DNA of 64,000 nucleotides from the NCBI GenBank assembly GCA_030704615.1, contig CM060732.1, forward strand, positions 31,496,001-31,560,000, given 5' to 3'. This document shows positions 24,901 through 34,700 of this stretch, piece after piece. Each line of letters opens with the position of its first letter. Position 1 is the stretch's first letter. The stretch is from Takakia lepidozioides. Taxonomy: Eukaryota > Plantae > Bryophyta. Made by a program: the position numbers and the translations under genes. The notes under the pieces were generated by a model. That model was not told the origin of the DNA, searched no databases, and saw only the letters and a list, made by a program, of their open reading frames with translations.

Positions 24901-27900
24901 CACAAGCACATCAGTTCAAGATGGAGATATCTCCTGCAGCAGAGAGCCTGCGTGACTATGTGACGAGGTACTTTCTGCTCTACAAAACCAACCTATTCTT
25001 TCGGGAGATAGCAGATGCTCGCCGGAGCCACGAGTTCACCGACCAGCCGAACGCGGACAAAGCAGCAATGCGCCTTCTGTACAGGTACATACGCGCTGCC
25101 TTTCTTTCAAGTCCTGGCATTTCAGGATGTTAGAGGCCTAAGTGGTGTTAGGGAAAATGGCGCCGAATTTCCAGTCAGGGCTCCGAAAATGGCAAAGTCC
25201 CTAGACTGGCTGGCCCGGAACTGGAAATTCGGCGCCATTTTCCAGTTCCAGGCCCTATTGCCGTTCAGGGACTTAGCCATTTTCGGGCTAAGTCCCTAGT
25301 GTGGCTGGCCCGGACTGGAAATTCGGCGCCGTTTTCCAGTTCTAGGCCCTATTGCCGTCCAGGGACTTAGCCATTTTCGGGCTAAGTCCCTAGACTGGCT
25401 GGCCCTGAAGTGGAAATTCGGCGCCATATTCCAGTTCCAGGCCCTATTGCCGTCCAGGGACTTAGCCATTTTCGGTCTAAGTCCCTAGGGTGGCTGGCCC
25501 GGAACTGGAAATTCGGCGCCGTATTCCAGTTCTAGGCCCTATTGCCGTCCAGGGACTTAGCCATTTTCGGGCTAAGTCCCTAGACTGGCTGGCCCTGAAG
25601 TGGAAATTCGGCGCCATATTCCAGTTCCAGGCCCTATTGCCGTCCAGGGACTTAGCCATTTTCGGTCTAAGTCCCTAGGGTGGCTGGCCCGGAAGTGGAA
25701 ATTCGGCGCCGTTTTCCAGTTCCAGGCCGTATTGCCGTCCAGGGACTTAGCCATTTTCGGGCTAAGTCCCTACACTGGGTGGCCCTGAAGTGGAAATTCG
25801 GCGCCATATTCCAGTTGTAGGCCCTATTGCCGTTCAGGGAGTTAGCCATTTTCGGACCTCATTGGGTTTTTCATGAATGCAGGTACTGTAAGTTCTCGCT
25901 TTTGGAGAAAGGTCATCTGTCTTTCGAGCCACCATTCTTCCTGGCATGGAGGAACCCTGGGGCTGACTCCATGTACACTGACGATATTGTGAAGGAGTGG
26001 CATCTGGAACATTTGCGTGATTGCCCTTGGTATGTGGACCTTCCGCCCGGCTCGCTCGACCCATCCGAGTTTCAATTGAAGCTGGATGCTGAATTCCGAC
26101 GAAACCGGGCTCCGCTGCCTCCGTTGGGTGCAAAAGAGGCAAAAGCGCTTGCGAACTCCAGGAAAGCGGCAGAGCTTGCTCAGGCAGGAATTCAGGAGAA
26201 ATTGCATGAGAAGAGTAAAGGTCAAAGGAAAAGGACAAGGAAACAGGTGACTGCAGTAACACCCAAAAGAAGAAAACCATCGGGGCATCGGAGGAGGCGC
26301 AGGAGGGGACCCAAGAGAGTGACTCCGACGCCGATTTTGTTCAAGGTCCTGCGACTGCTGTTGCTCCTACCCAGTCACCGGTCGTCCGGGTTCCCAAGTC
26401 AGTTCGGAGTGGGACTGGCTCTGCCAAGAAGTTGGCATTTGAGGGCGAGCCTACACGGCGGTATTCGGCGGTGACGTTTACGCACAGGCCAAAGCTAGAA
26501 CCTCCAACCATCATCCAATGCGTCAATGAGAGCTTCCTTGACGCTCTCGCTGCCAGGGCGAAGAAGGTGGCACACAACAAGTCTCTGGCGGAGCAGAAGG
26601 GGAAAGCCAAGAAGAGGGCTGCCGGTATAGAGCCTAAAGACACCCCTGGTTTTGAAGCCATGATGGAATTCTTCACGGCTGTGAGCACGAATTGCAAGAG
26701 CACTCGGGGGGGGGGTTGAGGTGGAGAGAGCTTGCGACATGATTCTCCTCGACATTCCAGATGGGGAGCTGCTGGAGGGCCTGGATGGTGTGCCCACCTG
26801 GAACAGGTTTACTGAGGACTACTGGAAAGCCGGGTTTGGGCTGGCGGGGATGCTTCTGGATGACGGTGGATGTGTGGTTGTCCTTGCCACGAGAGGGAAG
26901 ACCACAGAGAATGCAGTGGCAAGGTGGACACCGAAAAGTGTCACCCCGGTCCTCCTCAGAAAATGGTTCTGCATCAGTACGCAGGGGTTGCGAACAGAGG
27001 GCCAAAGTGTAAGTTATCAATCTATTGCATTCACTTCATATTGTGGTGTATGTTAAGTAGACCCTGGAATTGATCCCTTCTTTGTTGGATGTGCAGACAT
27101 TGGTGTTTGAGGCATATTGCTTTGTGAAGAGGGGTCTACGTTCAAATTCCGCAACGACGGTCGTCTTGTTGATGCCGCTGTGGACCCTGTAACCTACGAT
27201 GTCCTCTACAACTATGTGCCCCACTCTAGTATGCCGAAGGACACAAAGACAGGCAAACCGTGGCGGTACAGCCGGACCCGAAGCCCTGCTTTCATCCAAA
27301 CCCTCATGGAGACGTGCTCGGATGTCCAAGGGCGGATTCTGGACCTCACATGCGGCACGGGTAAGCCTTCACGTGCTCAGTTTGTCCCCTGGCCCCATTG
27401 CAATTGCATGTCGCAAGCTATTAACCGCCCGCTTTGTTCCTCAGGTGCTTCAATGTGGGCAGGGACGTTGTCCGACAGGCATGTGTTCGCCTTCGAGCCA
27501 GATACTGCCCTCCACAACTCGGAACTTGCAGCGGCTGAAACGTCTGCCGAAAGAGGAAGAGGCATCCTCGGAGGATGAGGAAAAATCCGAGAAGGAGCAG
27601 GGGGAGGAAGTTGGGATCGAGGCCGAGGAGCCCCCGGTTTACGAGTGAGTGGTGGCATTGTAAGTTGCCTCCAGATTTTGTGAGGCACCTCCCTCCGCTC
27701 TCTTATTTCATTGAAAACCCTTTCTGGTTGTGCTGGTATTGACATTCTTCAAGTGGATTTGTTCTTACTGTAGGATGCCAAGTACTGCCGGAGGGACGTC
27801 TACACCGGAGTTCATGGGCAGGAGGAACGTGCCTTTTTTTGCCAGGGGAGATTTCATGCCTAGTCCAGAAAGGGAGTACATCCTGCCTACTTATGCTGCC

Positions 27901-28233
27901 CGGCTTGCTTCGGTGTCCATTAGGAGGTGTTCCGAACGTAGTCGTGTACAGCAGATTTTAGACGAGGCAAGCCTCAAGAAAATGAAGATGAGGGAGGAGG
28001 CAGCAGCTATTAGAGCCCGTCGGGCTCGTAGATTTGTGTTGGATTCTGCTGAGGAAAGTGGGGGAGAAGACGCAGAAGATTCCCAGGAGGTGAGGTGGAC
28101 AGTCCCCCAAGGAGAGGACGGGATTTTTGAGAGGCATAGTGGAACTGATGCATCACAGAGCTCGGAGGATGAGGGGGATGAGGGGGATGAGGAAGAAGGT
28201 GGGGCAAGTTCCTCGGAGGGTGTAGGAGAGTAG
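21909..28233 (+). CDS. Multi-exon transposon passenger gene: ParB/Srx-like domain + beta-class N4C/N6A DNA methyltransferase-like domain + acidic tail (frameshifts present)
   Basis: ParB-like: VVRPALPGDIDKLKFSFRDGY...FYVWDGNHRLLAW (about 23440-23868). MTase: CDMILLDIPDG (motif IV position, 26751), LLDDGGCVVV, RSPAFIQTLMETCSDVQGRILDLTCGTG|ASMWAGTLSDRHVFAFEPD (motifs X-I-II, intron 27361-27444). GT/GC-AG introns are visible (e.g. about 23870-23987, 25084-25882, 27009-27096). The exon chain is inferred by eye. Confidence 0.8.
25140..25860. repeat. Intronic 95-bp tandem repeat (about 7 copies) carrying GGAAATTCGGCGCC
   Basis: GGAAATTCGGCGCC...CCAGTT...GGCCCTATTGCCGTCCAGGGACTTAGCCATTTTCGG..TAAGTCCCTA, lying between GT (25084) and AG (25882). 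Confidence 0.9.
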
Positions 28234-29348
28234 TGCCCATTCCGGCTATGACAGTTAGAACACACTTGTATAGACGTGGCTTGCCACAAAATTTGCAATA
28301 AAATGTTGCATTTTAAGTCCACTGGTGCCACATTCCAACTTCACATGACCCTATTTCCGTGCCTCCTAACCCTATTTCCGTGGACTGACAATGGTCTGCT
28401 CATGCTTTTTTTTTTTCCGCTCATGCTCATGCCGCTCATGAAATAGCAGCCCCCAGTCAGCAGTGTGTAAAAGCTCCTTATGCATAAAACGTGAGAGAAT
28501 GTGTGTGTGAATAGAGAAAAAATGAGAGACCTATCGCGACGTTGTCCATGTCACGGGTTGCATCGGACGGTCCACGTCCATCCAGTGGCGGAGATGGAAT
28601 GTGGACACGTCGTTTTTTTTCAAAATAAAAACTAGGGTATAAAGTAACCACTACCTTAGTGTCCATAACAACTGCTGATTGCTGACATGGCAGTCAGTGA
28701 GGGGCTATTGTAATCTAGGGACGTCGTTTATGTAACACCAGCGAGTTTGGCCAATGGCAACGCAGGGGAGGCTACGTTGGGCCACGAACGAGGGGGAGCG
28801 CAATGCAAGTGTTACTTGAGCAAATGAGGAGCTGAGAATGTGAGCCAAACAATGAAGAAGGAGGAGAGCACTGCATGTAGAGTAGTGGAGCGTGGAGACT
28901 GCATTGACTTACCCAGGATTGCCCTTCTGTTGCCATTGTAACAACCAGGCTTTGTTCTCGGCTATTCTTTGGGCACGGAAGGCAATGCGAGCATCCCATC
29001 CCCTTCTCCTGGGGTAAGTGACTCATCTTCTCCCCCACCATTAGCTTTGGCAACGGCTCATGCCAAATCGCCTCGAGTGTAATTGTCATTCTTGTGTTTT
29101 GGGCAGCGTTCACTATCTGTCATAGAAGGAATCTCGGCCTTTTGCAAAAATGGGAAGAGTGAGTATAGTACTACACCCTACAATGTCAACATTCACTGCT
29201 GATTGATGGCTTAGGCTGTAGATACAAGCACATGACAACAAATGGGCTGACGCTTGATGCCAAGAAGAGATGCAACGAATGGGCTGGGCTGCTGCTCACC
29301 ACCTTAAAGATATCCAATCTTAAAGCAATATACCTTGTAGCTAGAAGT

Positions 29349-30320
29349 TGTCGCGCGGCTTTTACTCACCCATCCCTTTGCTATCCGAGGCGGAAACTCC
29401 AAGATAGAAGAGTTGGAAATCTCTAAGTACTCAGCCCGCTCAGAACAATCAGTCATGACCTACAGCTAGTGTATCATGGGGGTGTTTCCTATTTGTTTTC
29501 CTTTCCGCATTCATGTTAGCTACCTGGTTATTGATAATTAAGTATCAGTTTGCTTCATCAATCTATCGGATTCTATCAACTCATCCATTCATTCCACAGC
29601 TTCACTCAGATCTCTCTACACCGTGTGATTGTATTGTATAAGTATCAGATTATGATTTATCAGGTATCAGGCCGAAGCCATTGTGTCTCTAATCTGCTCT
29701 ACAATATCACTACAGCTTTGCATATAACAAGCATCTACTAATCATCTCTCCTCCTTCACCGTGCTCTCCATGCTTGCTTCCGTTCCTGCTCTCCGCCCGA
29801 TCCCCTCTCATGCATGACCAAGACGTGCCCCCGTGAAGTGCTTCCCAGAATCTCCCTTCTCTCGCCTTGCTTCTCCCTTTATCTTCCTACCCGTGGCTCT
29901 AACCGTTTCCCTCACTAACCGTCGTCCGTGAACTAACATGTTCCATTTGCAGGTGTTGTTCCCCACCGTCGTTCCCTGTCCTGCTCTCCGTTCCCAATGG
30001 TCATGACAGCTGTGTCAAGCTGTGACTGGCTGTGTGAAACTGTGACGGGCTGTGACTGGCTGTGCGACTGTGTTTGGCTGTGTCGGGCTGTGACTGGCTG
30101 TGTGGCTGTGTCGGGCTATAATGAGCTGTGCTGATTGTGTCTGGCTGTGTCGGCTGTGACGACTGTGACGGGCTGTGTTGGACTGTGACGGACTGTGTAA
30201 CCCCCCTCTACAGTGCGCTGCTGTCATCCCTAAGGCTCCTGTTGGTCTCAGTCTGTGCAAAAATTAAGGGTACCCTACAGATCTTGTATAAGTGTCTAAG
30301 TCCCAGACAGTCCTCTAACA
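29349..30320 (-). repeat. 3' LTR
   Basis: Near-identical to 42343-43311; adjacent to the PPT; contains GGCTGTG repeats. Confidence 0.95.
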
Positions 30321-30358
30321 TTACCCCTTCCCCTCTCAAAAAACCGTGTCCTCACGGT

Positions 30359-33300
30359 TTATTGATTGCGATTAGCAAACCTTTGTGAGTGAGCACCTTT
30401 CTGACGTTGAGAGTTTCGTGGTAGACTGTGTGTACGAGCCCGAGGTCTGTCACTGGTTGACGGAGATGTTTGAACACTACCAGGATAAGTGAGGCCCTCT
30501 GGAGGCTGATATCGAGATAACCTTTCAGGCATAGGAGACCCCCGTCGCTTCTTCTCTGCCATCTGAATTGCATAGTCTTCTCCCATGTCAAAAGAATCCG
30601 CTGAAGAAACAGTTGTATCAGAATCCTCATCGCCTCTCAGGTGTTTTAATTGTCGAACTTTTTGTGGAATCCTCTGGGGCATACAATGTTGTCCTACCAT
30701 GTCTGGAAGTTTATATTTTACAACTTGCTGTAAACGTTGAATGGCAAAATTGGTGAAGACACTGAGCTCTTTGTCTGTCCAGGTGAGTGGGGTACCAATT
30801 ACTTGTGCACCGTGCAAGTATTTCCATGCCACATGTCCCTTATAGAAAATATCATCAATGCCGAATTTCTGTGTTGACAAATTGTTCCAGGCCGCTTGAA
30901 ACCATGAACGAATTTGAGAATCCTTTTGCATCATAACTTTTGCTTCATATAGGTACATATGAGGTGGCACTGAAGGTAAAACCCAATGATCCCCACTGGA
31001 ATAACTCAGAAAGCGCGATTGCATCTTATGCTGCTCAATGTGATAACGTACCAGAAAACAAGCAGCGTAGTATAACCCGCATCCCATGACAATACTTGCT
31101 ACCTCCTTGGTCTTGGTATAAATGAGTCAATGTACAACTTGGAAGGCAATTAATTCCTTCAACATTGTACTTGCCTCATGCCAGTATTGTGCAAAGTGAT
31201 GATCCTCAATATGTCGATTGTTCGGAAGAACTTTAGTCCTAGTTGCCACTGGCAGCCAAATACGCATGATTTGGTAGTAATGTGCGAATGACTGCGGAGG
31301 ACTAAATTCTTTCCAAGCCAAATCCAACATGATGGGAATTTGGTTGAAGGGCATAATCATAGCCCTACTGTACTCCCTCGTAGCTGGAGTTTTAGGTGGA
31401 TTAAAAGCAGCATTGCCCCATACCTAAGGCTGTGGTGGCTGTGGTGTGGTTGTAGTAACAACAGGTTCAGCTACTGGTACAGTGACTTGTTGTGGTGCTG
31501 GTGGTACTGGCTCTTGTATCATTGGCATCTCCTGCACCTCCTGTGAAGACTGAAAAGCCAAAGCTCTGGCTTGTAAATAAGAAGCCATTAGCTGTTCCTG
31601 AGGGATATAGACTCTTTTGTCGATATTTGAAGTGAGGTCCTCCACTTGAGTCTGCAGTCCGTCTACATCCTCTTGTAACTCTGCTATCCTACTATAGACA
31701 TTGTCTATAGTAGTTGTGGCAATGTTCTGCACTTGCACTCTGAGCTCATTCATCTCGCTTTGGGTGAGCTTTCGTGGTGCTTTGCCCTCCACTGGCCCTT
31801 GTGCTAACCAGACCTGCATAAGGCTGTTATCCTCCATGCGCTTTGCATGAGGTTCAACCAAATTCGCATAGGCAGCAAGTAGATTATTAGCTTCCTTCTA
31901 AGCCTTGTTAGTGACCGAGATTTCATTTCTATTGGCCACGAGCGTTTGTTGCAACTCCAGGATGTACTTCTCTTGATCAGCTTCAATCTGCTTGTATTGC
32001 TTGACAGTATCCTCATTGCGACAGATTGTATTCTTCATATCGACAATGAGGTTCATTTGCTCAACATTCTCTGCCTCTGCCTTTGTACATTTTTCCGCTT
32101 TACTGTTTATTTCTTTTGTAGATTGGTCAAGCATAGTTGTGAATGTAGCACATTGTATCGCCATCCTGTCATGCACTGTCTGCAACTCCGTATGTAGTGC
32201 ATTCAGTTCTTGCAACTTGCTTTCATGCTGCACCTGCATTTGGTATAGCTGTTGCTTATGTGCTTCGTGCAACTGGTCTTGCGCGAGGCCTGCCTCAATC
32301 AATTGTTCCTTGGCCAATTGCAAAGCCGCTTCTGTATTTTCCAAGTCCTACTGCATCTTGAGAGTGACCTCCTCATCGACCTTGTTTGCACACTCAGTGG
32401 CAAGTCGAGCCTCAAACTCCTTCCTGAGTTCCTCTCTCAAGGTTGTCAATTGGGTAGTTGGAACATGGGATTTGACATAAGTCCCCAACAAATTAAGTGT
32501 CCTGCCTATGGAACTCATCAGCATTGCCTGTTGAGGGTCATCATGGTGAGGTTGCTGCTGTTCCCCCTGATCCTCAACAGTGTGATGTCTCACGAACCAC
32601 TCAGGCCATTATCCCACCAGATTTTCTTCCTGAACCACTTCATCTATCACCGGTGCTGCAGTGTCATGACCTTCTACCTGTGGTACCTCCGACACAGGTG
32701 TGTGTATTATATGCACCTCAAGATTTCCCTTGGGCAACTATTGCACCTCTGGAATCTCTGTCTCCTTGACCAGACCAGAATATTCATAGAGAAGGTCCCC
32801 CTTCACAATTTCTGCCACTATCTGTTCTGTAGTTGGAATATCTAACCCTTCTTTTTCCAAATCAATTATTTCGGGTGGCACTTCATGGGCAACTTGTGGT
32901 AACCTTGTGACAAGCCGATCAGCTGGCTGTGATGGCTGTGATACTGAAGTAACTTCCTCTTCCCTCTCTGAAGGTCCTGCTTCCAGTAATAGCAGTTCTC
33001 TGTGCTGCTGTGCCCCTTCCTGCACATGAGCTTGGGAAACATTATCATGCGGAATCCGTGAAGCCAGTGGATCCGCCACTACAGTCTTTCCCCGTCTCTG
33101 CCTCTTAGTCTCGGGTTGCCCTGCTAGTCCACCCTCACTGTGTGAAGAGCCTTGCTCTTCCATTGCAGTGGTTTCTGGCTCAAACACTCCCATCTCCTTT
33201 CTTTCTTGCGCATCAAGTATGCCAGAATCAAGAATTATTTGAGCAATGATTGGGCCAGACACTATGATAGGAGACTTTGCGGTAGTACCTTGTAATCTTT

Positions 33301-34337
33301 TCATCTCCTCTACCAGTGCGTTGTACATTATGTCCGCCCATTCTACCTCTTGTCCTTTCAGGGCTTTGAGTATTTCCTCCATGAAGGATCTGCTCAAATA
33401 CTGTTGGTTCTGTTTCATGGCAATCAGAACGTTCAATACCTGACCTACCTCCTTTAGCCCTGGGTACACGACCTTGGTACAAGCATAACCCTGAGTTTTT
33501 AAAGAAACTCCCTTCTTGGCATAAGTCCCATATTTGCAGTCTTGCCCTGTGCTCCTCCACATGCACCTGACCTGCTGGCAATCGAATCAATTGCTGGAGG
33601 TATAGGGGAGTAATGACTAATTCAACTCCCTTCACCGTTGTTGTTCCTGTCCTTGGCTCAAAGTTCTGCAAGAATTATAACATGTATTGTCTATGGTGCA
33701 ATGTCCAATCTATGCTTTGCAATCCTTGCAATCTCAGCTCCTTCAGTATCTGTATCGCCTGTGGGGTAGCAATCGTTTGTTTCTGCAGAATTGTGGTGCT
33801 CTTCACCCTGATTTCCTCCATTCCTCTCACTCTCTTCATTTTAGACCCACAGAAATGTTTTGGCTGTAACAACTGCAGAAATGCCTGTAGTGCACAAAGC
33901 ATAAACGTATGGTTGCCACAAAAAGCTATGGGTAATTTCTTGTAAGCCTGTGGAGCTTGCAAGCATCGATCAAGAGAAAAACTCCGCTCTGTTCTTTCGT
34001 GTCTATGCCACTGCGTAAGTAATATTGCGAGCGTATAGTCTGTTAGTTCCTCCATAGTTTCCAAGCTATAGCATTGATGGTTTGTCCCGTCGAGACGCCC
34101 GTTACTCAGAACGACGCCGCCTCTCGCGCTTAATTTCCCTCCAATTTCTTGATCCTTTCTCTGGCTTTCTATTGGCTGTAACCGCTGTGACTGGATTTTA
34201 GATTTCATTCTCTTTAGTGGACTTTCCCTGCTGGATAGTCCACTAGGATCACACATGTGACAAGAATTTCGCTTTTCTGTACTTGCCGTTTGTTCCGTTC
34301 CCCTTTTTCCGTATTCATTAATGGGCCCGCCTTTCAT
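30359..34337 (-). pseudogene. Additional sense-strand ORF region downstream of pol (Athila/env-like-type N-terminus, long coiled coil), disrupted
   Basis: Collinear ORF pieces 33228-33671, 32738-33562, 31424-32593 (heptad-rich), 31127-31360 and 30359-31087. FLQNFEP...TVKGVELVITPLYLQQLIRLP resembles plant retroelement accessory ORFs. Confidence 0.6.
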
Positions 34338-34539
34338 CCAATTTGACGCGCTGATTAGGTATTTTGACGGCCATTCTTGTCATCTTTCTTGATGACACAT
34401 GTTCTTGCACTTCCTTCTTAGCTGTGTGTCGCGCCTGACTTCCACGTGTCTATTTTTAAACTGGTTTCCGTCTTTTCTTCCGTCAACCATTTTCCTGAAG
34501 TTATTGTGCGTCCACCTGTCACTGATTCTATGGATCATG

Positions 34540-34700
34540 TAACCCTAGTAGGCTGTGTTGAGCTGTGACAGGCTGTGTCATACTGTGGTACACTGTGATA
34601 GGCTGTGACACGCGGTGGTAGGTTGTGATAGGCTGTGTTGCGCCGTGCTGGGCTGTGATAGGCTGTGTCACGTTATGATGGGCTGTGATAGGCTGTGTTT
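34540..34700. repeat. GGCTGTG-rich minisatellite at the 3' end of pol, same motif as in the LTRs
   Basis: GCTGTGATAGGCTGTG repeated. Confidence 0.75.

Larger units (their letters stand above)
14186..28454. mobile_element. Mutator-like (MULE) transposon, copy 1 (full length, two genes)
   Basis: Left end GAGGTTTGCTATTTCATGAGC; right end GCTCATGAAATAGCAGCCCCC. CATGAGC repeats at both ends. TSD AGTCAGCA (14178-14185 and 28455-28462). Confidence 0.95.

Noticed and set aside
21909-28233. Bacterial or phage contamination as the source of the ParB-MTase gene
   Set aside because: The gene has spliceosomal introns and lies inside a TSD-bounded eukaryotic transposon whose termini recur at 46341-54270.
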